A program made the position numbers and the translations under genes. This document shows, piece after piece, positions 26,343 to 53,042 of a stretch of 64,000 nucleotides of DNA (position 1 is the first letter of the stretch; the number at the start of each line of letters is the position of its first letter). The stretch covers positions 221 through 64,220 of the forward strand of contig CALFWA010000109.1 in assembly GCA_937928035.1 (NCBI GenBank), read 5' to 3'. The notes beneath the pieces are model-generated. The model had not been told where the DNA came from and did not search any database. It worked only from the letters and a program-made list of their open reading frames with translations. Source of the stretch: an uncultured Caldilinea sp. (GTDB lineage: Bacteria > Chloroflexota > Anaerolineae > Caldilineales > Caldilineaceae).

Positions 26343-26789
26343 TCAGCGGTCGCCAAGCTGACGCGCAGTGGCGATGGCGTCCTTGCCGCAGTGGGGACAG
26401 TGATAGCCGGGGCGTCTCGTCCAGTGAATTTCTCCGCCCAGCGGCTCTTCACAGTGAGGGCAGCGCAGATCGAGCGCCTGTAAGATGCGCCACTGCCAGT
26501 AGTTGTTGAGGAAATAAACGGTCGCAAAGAGAAGCGCTGCCGGCAAGAGGAAAAGGACGATGCCGGCGTCGGCGGAGACGTTGCGGCTGATCCAAAAGCT
26601 GCTGAAAAAGACCAACGCCAGCCCCACGCCGAGCGCAATCAGCAGCGTTTTCGCCATGCGCGCTCGCGCATGCTGCGCTGCGCGCTGCGCAGCAACGGTA
26701 GCGGCGTCCAATTTTTTGCCGTCGAGTATAATGGACTGACGCGACGAACGCTCATCGGTGTGCGCAGGTTTCCGCACAGACTTGCTCAT
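26343..26789 (-). CDS. hypothetical membrane protein with C-terminal zinc ribbon
   Basis: Track ORF 26343..26864 (TTG start) trimmed to the ATG at 26787-26789 (MSKSVRK...). It has two TM helices, then CPHCEEP...x14...CPHCGKD. No recognisable family. Confidence 0.5.
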   Translation of the reverse strand: MSKSVRKPAHTDERSSRQSIILDGKKLDAATVAAQRAAQHARARMAKTLLIALGVGLALVFFSSFWISRNVSADAGIVLFLLPAALLFATVYFLNNYWQWRILQALDLRCPHCEEPLGGEIHWTRRPGYHCPHCGKDAIATARQLGDR

Positions 26790-26891
26790 AGTTGTGTAGT
26801 ATCTCACAGCAGCACTGTTTTCAGCAACGGTCAGTGGTTTAAGAAAGAAAGATTGCATCGACAATCAGATGTCCACGTTTAAGGAATTGCG

Positions 26892-28286
<1,395 letters not shown>

Positions 28287-28375
28287 GCCAATCGTATCAG
28301 GGATTGGCGCGGAAAAATGCGATTGAACCCTCGTGGGAATTGTCGTAAACAGGTGCACCAAAGAAAATCCAAATC

Positions 28376-30193
28376 ATGAGAACACTGCAGCATTCGTCGT
28401 TTTTTCTCATTGCATTATTGGGTTTGCTTTCTTCTCTGCTCGTTCCCCTTCCTCTACAGGCGCAACAGGCGTCTCCCGCCGAACTCTTTTTCAACGAGCT
28501 TCAGACGATCCATCTGATCAACCTGGAGCGCCGACAAGCCGGACTGGCGCCGTTGCGTTGGAATCGGGAGCTGACGGCTTCGGCGCGTGCGTTTGCGCAG
28601 GACGTCATCGTCAACCAGCCCTCTGGCTATTGCGACCACGTCGACAGCCAAGGCCGCGCTCCGGGCGAGCGCATGCGCGCGGCGGGTTTTGTGCGCCTGG
28701 GCGCCTGGGCGGAGAACGCAGTTTGCAACTATACATCGCCGGAGGCGGCCGTGCGCGCCTGGATGCGCAGCGATGCGCATCGGCAAAATTTGCTCGATGC
28801 GCGTCTACGCGAAATCGGCGTGGGCTATGCGCTGTCGGAGTCTAACCGCGGCTACATCGTCGCCGATCTCGCCGTCGACGCCGCCTATGCGCCCGTCGTC
28901 ATCGAAAATGAAGCGCCTTTCACCGGGAGTCGTCAGGTGAACCTCTACATTTATGACCCGGCCACCGTTCCCGGGATGCTGGGGCTTGGCTTGGCCGTCG
29001 AGATGATGATCTCGAACGATCCGAATTTCACCGAGGCAACCTGGCAGCCCTATGCGCCGGAGACCCCCTGGCTGCTGAGCGAGGGGGAGGGGTGGAAGCG
29101 CGTCTACGTCAAGACGCGCGACGCCTTGGGTCGCACGGCGGTGACCTCCGACGCCATCTACCTAGGAGAGAACCTGCCGCTGGACGCCCTTACGCTGGAC
29201 GGCGCCAGCCATTTCGATACGGGGATACGGCTGCAACGCATCGAGGCGGGAGGCTGGCCCCAGGTTCAATTCAGCCTGGATTGGGTGGGCGACGACAGCG
29301 ACCCCCGTTTTTCCTTCACGCCCACCTTCGCCACCAGAATTGAGGATGGCGATGCCATTGGCGGCGCTGCGGTGCGGTTGACCGGCGCCGGCCTCGTCAC
29401 CTTATGGGCGGGCGACTATCTGGCCTCGCAGCCGGGCGTGGCGTATTTCCGCCTCAAGGTGAGCGACAATGCAACGACGCAGACGGTGGCGAAGCTCCGC
29501 GTGGTAGGGCCGCATCGAGAGCTGGCGCAGCGCACATTGCGCGGAAGCGACTTCGAGATCGCTGCGGCGTATCAGGAGTTCGCCGTGCCCTATGCGCCGG
29601 ATGCCGACGCCCAGACGCTCACGTTTCGAGTGGATGTCACCGGCGCAGCAGAGGTCGTGGTGGACGCGGTGACGCTTTTCTCTGCGCCGGTGGCGGCGAC
29701 GGCGCCGCTGCAATGGCTTTCGCCAGAGCGCTACTTGCGCAACCGTGGGGTGCAGGCGAGGCTGTTGCGCGAGGATGGCGCCTTCTCGCCTGCGTTCGAC
29801 GTCCACCCTGCCAGTGGAACGCTGATTGCACCCTCCGCAGAGCCGGTTCAGCCGCCGTCGCTTTCGGTGACGCCGAGCGCAGTGACGTTGCAAGCCGAAG
29901 AGTCAGAACTTCCCACTGCCCTGCTCGTGGTTGAGTGCGCCAACTGCACAAGCGGCGTATGGCGGGCCTCCACTGAGACTCCCTGGTTGGCGCTTGCCGT
30001 GACGGAGGAAGGTCTGCTGGAGATTCGCGCCCTCGTCGAAGGGTTGGCGCCGGGCATCTATCAGGGAGAAATTCTCATCTCCGTCTCTGCGGAGAGCGGC
30101 GTTTCTCCGCTCGTCGTGCCGGTCACGCTGTGGGTGGGCGACATCGAGGATCTGCTGGGCCAAAAAATCTATCTTCCGGCCGTCCTCCGATAA
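28376..30193 (+). CDS. secreted CAP/SCP (PR-1-like) domain protein with ~430-aa C-terminal region of unknown fold
   Basis: Signal peptide MRTLQHSSFFLIALLGLLSSLLVPLPLQAQQ. The CAP domain reads LINLERRQAGLAPLRWNRELTASARAFA...AVRAWMRSDAHRQNLLDARLREIGVGYA. The remainder is beta-rich with no recognised motif. Confidence 0.8.
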   Translation: MRTLQHSSFFLIALLGLLSSLLVPLPLQAQQASPAELFFNELQTIHLINLERRQAGLAPLRWNRELTASARAFAQDVIVNQPSGYCDHVDSQGRAPGERMRAAGFVRLGAWAENAVCNYTSPEAAVRAWMRSDAHRQNLLDARLREIGVGYALSESNRGYIVADLAVDAAYAPVVIENEAPFTGSRQVNLYIYDPATVPGMLGLGLAVEMMISNDPNFTEATWQPYAPETPWLLSEGEGWKRVYVKTRDALGRTAVTSDAIYLGENLPLDALTLDGASHFDTGIRLQRIEAGGWPQVQFSLDWVGDDSDPRFSFTPTFATRIEDGDAIGGAAVRLTGAGLVTLWAGDYLASQPGVAYFRLKVSDNATTQTVAKLRVVGPHRELAQRTLRGSDFEIAAAYQEFAVPYAPDADAQTLTFRVDVTGAAEVVVDAVTLFSAPVAATAPLQWLSPERYLRNRGVQARLLREDGAFSPAFDVHPASGTLIAPSAEPVQPPSLSVTPSAVTLQAEESELPTALLVVECANCTSGVWRASTETPWLALAVTEEGLLEIRALVEGLAPGIYQGEILISVSAESGVSPLVVPVTLWVGDIEDLLGQKIYLPAVLR

Positions 30194-30199
30194 GCAACA

Positions 30200-30246
30200 C
30201 TTACGGAATCACCGCGGTTTTCCGTAGGTGCGGCTCCCAGCCGCAC
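30200..30246. terminator. two adjacent hairpins in the convergent gap (CAP gene / pheS), no U-tract
   Basis: CTTACGGAA...TTCCGTAGG (9 bp including one G-U, 30200-30228) and GTGCGGC-TCCCA-GCCGCAC (30228-30246). Confidence 0.4.
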
Positions 30247-30290
30247 ATCCTCGACAGACCCCTGAGATCGTGGACGTCGCCTGACACGGA

Positions 30291-31346
<1,056 letters not shown>

Positions 31347-31421
31347 TGCGATGAAAAAATCGTCTCGATTATATCATCGCCGCAGCAAAGGGCAACGAAG
31401 GCCCCTAGGCTAGATCGCTTT

Positions 31422-32486
31422 TCAATCGACCATCTCCGGCAGCGGCAGGGAGGCGTGCACGTCGATTCCCAGCCCATCCTCCGGACGCGGATTGGCTAGC
31501 CAGTTGTAATAGGCGGCGGCGCCGATCATGGCGGCATTGTCCGTGCAGTAGGCAAATGGCGGAATGTATAAAGGGACACCCAACTCCGCCATGCGCGCGG
31601 CGGCGGTGGCGCGCAGGCAGCGGTTGGCGCTGACGCCGCCGCAGATGCAGACCTGGCGCGCGCCCGCAGCCAGCGCAGCCTCGGCGGTCTTCTCCACCAG
31701 CGCGTCGGCCACCGCCTGTTGAAACGAGGCGGCGAGATCGGCCAGCAAATGCGGATCGCGCAGATCCCTGCCCTGCTCCCTCAGTCGCTTGGTCAGGTTC
31801 AGCATCGCCGTCTTCAAGCCGGAGAAGCTGAAATCAAACCTGTGCACGGGATCATGACGCAACGCGCGCGGCAGCTCAAAGGCGGCGGGATCGCCCCCCT
31901 CCGCCGTGCGCTCGATGGCCGGCCCGCCGGGAAAGCCCAGGTCGAGCAGCCGAGCCACCTTGTCGAAGGCCTCGCCGGCTGCGTCGTCGAGCGTGCCGCC
32001 TAGGCGTCGATAGCGGCTGTGGCCGCGCATTTCAATGAGCTCGGTGTGGCCGCCGGAGACGATCAACACCACCACCGGAAAATTATCTGCAGGTTGCCCT
32101 TGATCCACACCGGGCGCTTCCAGCCAGTTCGAGTAGATGTGCCCCTCCAGGTGATTGACGGCGAGCAGCGGGCGCTCGGTAGCGAAGGCCAATCCCTTGG
32201 CGGCGTTGACGCCCACCAGCAGACTGCCCGCCAGTCCTGGGCCGTGCGTCACGGCGATGGCGTCGAGCGCTCGCGCAGAAACGCCCGCCTCCGCCAGCGC
32301 CTGTTCAATGACGGGCGCAATGGCCAGCACATGCTGTCGGCTCGCCACCTCTGGAAAAACGCCGCCAAAGCGACGATGCAGCTCGATTTGCGTCGCCACC
32401 ACGTTGGAATGGACGCAGCGTCCATCCTCGATCACGGCGGCGGCGGTTTCATCACAGCTGGTTTCGATTGCAAGAATTTTGGTCAT
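31422..32486 (-). CDS. tsaD: tRNA N6-adenosine threonylcarbamoyltransferase TsaD
   Basis: Trimmed to the ATG at 32484-32486 (MTKILAIETSCDETAAAV...). Kae1/TsaD blocks HLEGHIY, VSGGHT and GGVSAN are present. Confidence 0.95.
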   Translation of the reverse strand: MTKILAIETSCDETAAAVIEDGRCVHSNVVATQIELHRRFGGVFPEVASRQHVLAIAPVIEQALAEAGVSARALDAIAVTHGPGLAGSLLVGVNAAKGLAFATERPLLAVNHLEGHIYSNWLEAPGVDQGQPADNFPVVVLIVSGGHTELIEMRGHSRYRRLGGTLDDAAGEAFDKVARLLDLGFPGGPAIERTAEGGDPAAFELPRALRHDPVHRFDFSFSGLKTAMLNLTKRLREQGRDLRDPHLLADLAASFQQAVADALVEKTAEAALAAGARQVCICGGVSANRCLRATAAARMAELGVPLYIPPFAYCTDNAAMIGAAAYYNWLANPRPEDGLGIDVHASLPLPEMVD

Positions 32487-32598
32487 ACGCGAAAGTGTTG
32501 CTGTCAACGTTACATAGTGCGGTTTCGCAAGCGCCTTTGCTTGCATCTGCCCAGGCATGGAACGACCCCAAACGCGGCAACAGCGCCCTATCCGCCTG

Positions 32599-32634
32599 TT
32601 TCCATCGTCGCTCATCTTTCCATCGTCGCTCATC
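32599..32634. repeat. perfect 18-bp tandem duplication (TTTCCATCGTCGCTCATC x2) in the tsaD / HExxH-gene divergent region
   Basis: Copies at 32599-32616 and 32617-32634 are identical. This produces the spurious MSDDGKMSDDG N-terminal extension of the tsaD ORF in the track. Confidence 0.9.
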
Positions 32635-32671
32635 TATTTTATGGTATATTTATCTTGAATTCCATATCCGC

Positions 32672-34216
<1,545 letters not shown>

Positions 34217-34226
34217 GCGTCGCGCC

Positions 34227-36239
34227 TCACTCTGATTTTTCTTCAAACCAATATCTGTACTTTGCCCTCTCTGCGGTCACGCGCGTCAGACCGCTGATGG
34301 CGAGAACGACGTGGCGACGGTTGTTCAGCCCGGCCAGCGCAACCGTCGCCCGTCCGTCATCGCCCACCGGTGCGCGCGTGACCTGCTCCAGCCGGTCCTC
34401 GTTGAATTCCAACGCCTGCACCAACCAACGCTGCGGCAGCCGATTGTCGGTGAGAATCCAGCCTTCGCTCTCCCAACCGGCGACCTCGCCCTCAAAGCTG
34501 TCCTCGAAACCGATCGCCGGGATGGCGATGTCGTCGATGAACCAACCTTCTGTGTTGACGGCGTCATCGGTGACGTAACTGAAGCGAACCCAGAGAGGGC
34601 CGCCGGCGAAGGCGCTCAGATCGTAGATCTCCTGCACCCAGCCGGGCGCATCCTCACCGCTCACGCCGGTGTAGCCAGGCCCTAGCGCGTTGCCAGTCGG
34701 GTTGTCGTCGCGCGTGCGTTGGCCGGGCAGGATGATCCAATCAATTCCATCTCGGCTCGCCTTGACGTAGCCGTAGTCGTAGGCCTCCTCGATGCTCCAC
34801 CATGCAGCAAGGGTCATCGTCACCGGCGTTCCCGGCTCCAGCGCGCTGAGGTCGAAGCGTCGCGTCAGCCGAGGATTGGCGTCGTCTCCTCGGTTGCTCC
34901 ACCACATGCGCGCACCGTCGAACGGCTCCGTCGGCGCCAGTTGCGTCCATGTGGCACCCTCAAAATGGAAGACGAAGTTGCCCTCTCCCTCGAGCAGCAG
35001 ATAGTCGACGCCATAGTTGGCCACATCCGCCTCTACAACGCCGAGAGCCTCCACAGCGCCGGTTGTCAGTCGATGCGCGGCCGCAGCCTGCGGCCTGGGC
35101 AGCGAAAGGCGACGGTAGCCGAAGCGTGCGTCATCGGACGCTTCGGAGGCGTCCGCCCAGTTAGCCGCCACCCAGTCTGCAAAGAGATCGTCAAAGCGCT
35201 CGTCGGCGCCGAAGGTCGCCAACGCAGCGTCGACGCCGTTGGCACCGTTGCGCTGCTCCGCCACCAGCACGCCGAGGAACTCATCGCCAAACCGTTGCGC
35301 CAGATAGGCGACAAAGAGGTAGGCGGCGCCATAGTGCGGCGCGCTGGCGCCTGGATTGGGATTCCAGCCCGTGAGCGAGAGGTCAGGGTTGTTGAGAAAA
35401 ATATGGGCGAAGCGGAGGTCCGGCGAATAGCCGGCCACTTCCTGCGCATATTCGCTTAATCCCTCGTTGATCCAGAGGTCCTCCCCGCGATCCTGGTTCC
35501 AGTGAATCATATGCTGAAACTCATGCGCCAACACCGTTTCATAGGTGCGATCATCGCGCAAGCGGTTGAGCCAGTTCAGATTGATGAAAAAGATTTCCTT
35601 CTCGTTGGAGAAAGGGTTAACCACGCGCGGGTATTTGTCGGCGCTGTAAAAATAGCCGGCCACATTTGCGCCCATACGGGTCGTGTGCACTATGTGCAGC
35701 CGCGGATCGCCGTCCACGCCGGGATTCCACTCGCTGCCGAAAAGGTTGACCAGCGCCGGATAGATGTCATTGCTGAAGCGGTCGATCGATTGACGGATGC
35801 GACGGGCGTCATGGGGTTGCTCTAGCTCTACCCAGACGTTCACCACATCGGTCTGGTAGATCAACTCGGCGACGATTTCGATGTTCTGCTTGGCGTCGGA
35901 ATTGTGCACCCAAAATTGCTCTCGATCGCCGACCTGATAGCGTTTCGGCTCGGCGAAGATCGGCGCATCGTCGAGGTCAGGGTTCAGCGCGACAGCCAGA
36001 CGCAACGGATCGCGGCGCGGCGCCTCCACCAGACGAAGCTGCGTCTCGGTGTCCATCTGCGCCAGCACGGCGGCGGGGATGGGCGTTGGCTCGCTGCGCA
36101 GGAGCGTGGAACGGGGAAGCGAGGTGGCGACGGGAGCGACCTCCGCAGGCGCAGGAGGAACGACCGGCACTGCGCACGCCGACAATCCCACAAGCAAAAG
36201 CAGCAGCAACGACCGCACGCGCGACTGCCAGATGCGCAT
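34227..36239 (-). CDS. zinc metalloprotease lipoprotein (MA clan; InhA/M6-like C-terminal region)
   Basis: Trimmed to the ATG at 36237-36239 (MRIWQSRVRSLLLLLLVGLSAC, with lipobox LSAC). The active site is LAHEFQHMIHW plus EGLSEYA. The C-terminal block GWFIDDIAIP resembles immune-inhibitor-A peptidases. Confidence 0.8.
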   Translation of the reverse strand: MRIWQSRVRSLLLLLLVGLSACAVPVVPPAPAEVAPVATSLPRSTLLRSEPTPIPAAVLAQMDTETQLRLVEAPRRDPLRLAVALNPDLDDAPIFAEPKRYQVGDREQFWVHNSDAKQNIEIVAELIYQTDVVNVWVELEQPHDARRIRQSIDRFSNDIYPALVNLFGSEWNPGVDGDPRLHIVHTTRMGANVAGYFYSADKYPRVVNPFSNEKEIFFINLNWLNRLRDDRTYETVLAHEFQHMIHWNQDRGEDLWINEGLSEYAQEVAGYSPDLRFAHIFLNNPDLSLTGWNPNPGASAPHYGAAYLFVAYLAQRFGDEFLGVLVAEQRNGANGVDAALATFGADERFDDLFADWVAANWADASEASDDARFGYRRLSLPRPQAAAAHRLTTGAVEALGVVEADVANYGVDYLLLEGEGNFVFHFEGATWTQLAPTEPFDGARMWWSNRGDDANPRLTRRFDLSALEPGTPVTMTLAAWWSIEEAYDYGYVKASRDGIDWIILPGQRTRDDNPTGNALGPGYTGVSGEDAPGWVQEIYDLSAFAGGPLWVRFSYVTDDAVNTEGWFIDDIAIPAIGFEDSFEGEVAGWESEGWILTDNRLPQRWLVQALEFNEDRLEQVTRAPVGDDGRATVALAGLNNRRHVVLAISGLTRVTAERAKYRYWFEEKSE

Positions 36240-36403
36240 TTGCTCCACGGAGGGTGGATAGGCGGGCGCTGTGGGCGCTTTCTGTTGGAAAAGATTGCAG
36301 AACCATCGCCAAAGACGAAGGCGCCGCTCTGTTCGGCGCTGCTCATCGTTCGGGCGTCGTTCTGCAAAATCCTGTCGCTGCATCTCTACGCTTTTCTTCC
36401 CTT

Positions 36404-40159
<3,756 letters not shown>

Positions 40160-40190
40160 GGTCTAACGTCTCGAACTGGGCTCCGATCGT

Positions 40191-42053
<1,863 letters not shown>

Positions 42054-42210
42054 AGGTCACTTTCCACAACTCATTCTTCCGTGCACAACTCTTGCGAGTA
42101 TAACGCAGCTTGAAGTTTGCACCCAAGATAGGCCACTGGCTGCACCGGTTCGATGCATAGGTTCAATTTTTTTTCCAGAGCCTGAGTCGCCGTCGCATCG
42201 CCGTTGCATG

Positions 42211-42224
42211 TATAATGGCCGATC
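42211..42224 (+). promoter_or_regulatory. -10 element TATAAT followed by GGCCGATC, 8 nt before the first possible murJ start (GTG 42225)
   Basis: GCATGTATAATGGCCGATCGTGGAC. The same TA..ATGGCCGAT(C/T)GTGG string recurs at 47675-47694, and TATAATGGCC recurs at 43894-43903 and on the minus strand at 3768-3777. Confidence 0.45.
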
Positions 42225-43862
<1,638 letters not shown>

Positions 43863-44268
43863 CGGACAATCCTGCATAAAGAGAGTTCTGGTGTATAATG
43901 GCCAATAACCGTCTGCAACCGTCATCGCAGCTGCGGCTCGTAGCCGTAGATTTGGCGTATCATTCCACCATGCCAGAGGTGATAACTTGCATGCACACTT
44001 TTACGGCGCCAGGTGCAGCTCTCATTTGCCATATTCCAGGCAATCGTGCAGTACGTCCGTATGAAATTCCAACACATTTCAAATGAAAATTTAACGTCGA
44101 TGCGTTATAGTTCAATTAACCGATGAGTAAAGTTCGTGCGGTAGGCAATAACGCCGCAGAGAGTGTAGACGATGCGTGATGCGGAAAACACGCTCAAACA
44201 TGCAGTAGGCAAGATGCAACAAAAGTGCACGCAACACGCAACAAAGTGGTAGAAAGAGGTGATGCAGC

Positions 44269-44958
<690 letters not shown>

Positions 44959-44998
44959 GGCGCATTACGGGAAGCCGTCGTTGGGTGCGTATGGCGTA

Positions 44999-45019
44999 GG
45001 CGCCGCTGCGAGCGGCGCC
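44999..45019. terminator. GC-rich hairpin in the convergent gap (Zn peptidase / lysS)
   Basis: GGCGCCGC-TGCGA-GCGGCGCC, an 8-bp perfect stem with no U-tract. Confidence 0.4.
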
Positions 45020-45096
45020 CCGTCGGAGCATCCGTCGTTCCGGGGGCTGTCGGGAACGTGCGGCTGGGAGTCGCACCTACGCAGTCGCCGATGTTT

Positions 45097-46638
<1,542 letters not shown>

Positions 46639-46713
46639 GCATCACCTCTCAGTCTCTTGTGTAGGACGCAGTTGAATTGCGCGCCGCCGTCGCCGAATCG
46701 TTCGGCGCTGCGC

Positions 46714-47200
<487 letters not shown>

Positions 47201-47480
47201 TCCAGCTTCTATATTTTTCCCCTGCAACTGCACATCTAATTCAATCGACGCTTTTGCGTGAACGCACTGGCCGCTTCTTTGCACCAACACCGGTCACCCT
47301 CGAGATGAGGGCGGGGGACGTCGGCAAACTCAGGATTGCGGCTGAAACTTCACTGTGGCACAAGCCAATAGAAGGCGTGCGCTGGCTTCACACGGAGTCC
47401 ACACTCGAAGTGAAGCTGCACGTTGTCATGATAACGTCGCCAAAGCGATGTTCTGTTTCCGATCGCAGCGCTTGAGTATG

Positions 47481-47506
47481 AAAAACACCGCCTGCTAAAG
47501 GCGGCG
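47481..47506 (-). terminator. intrinsic terminator on the minus strand, ~290 nt upstream of greA
   Basis: The minus-strand RNA reads CGCCGCC-UUUAGCA-GGCGGUG: 7 bp including one G-U that only works on this strand, followed by UUUUU. Confidence 0.5.
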
Positions 47507-47586
47507 CCCTGACGCTGTTCTGTTCACGCCATTTTACGCATCAAAGCAAGCGCCGACCCACCTAGGTCGGCCCTCAATACTTCTTC

Positions 47587-47614
47587 ATTATATTCCATGC
47601 AGCGCCATCTGCAA
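47587..47614 (-). promoter_or_regulatory. candidate minus-strand promoter TTGCAG-16-TATAAT overlapping a 13-bp palindrome
   Basis: On the minus strand, TTGCAG maps to plus-strand 47609-47614 and TATAAT to plus-strand 47587-47592. The palindrome TGCAAAATTTGCA lies at 47610-47622. Confidence 0.4.
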
Positions 47615-47669
47615 AATTTGCATTTTCATCTTTGGCCGCGAAGCTTGAATCTACAATCGGCGCTGCACG

Positions 47670-47700
47670 TGCTATACTATGGCCGATTGTGGCCGATTGT
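47670..47700 (+). promoter_or_regulatory. extended -10 promoter (TGcTATACT) of the ABC operon followed by a perfect 10-bp tandem repeat GGCCGATTGT x2
   Basis: TGCTATACT at 47670-47678, with GGCCGATTGT at 47681-47690 and again at 47691-47700. The permease ATG is at 47740. Confidence 0.5.
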
Positions 47701-47739
47701 CCGTCAATGCGATGTGGCGGCTGTAACTCCGTTCTGTCC

Positions 47740-49627
<1,888 letters not shown>

Positions 49628-49677
49628 ACAGGCAATTGACCTTTTTTCGTCAACGTTCCAAGGCAAAGGAGAAACCT

Positions 49678-51408
<1,731 letters not shown>

Positions 51409-51410
51409 CG

Positions 51411-53027
<1,617 letters not shown>

Positions 53028-53042
53028 GACAGGCCGAGGCGC

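Noticed and set aside
43898-44086. 62-aa ORF in the murJ-yugP spacer
   Set aside because: Its ATG lies inside the TATAAT box. It has no RBS, uses rare codons and has no recognisable fold. I kept the region as an unexplained non-coding finding instead.
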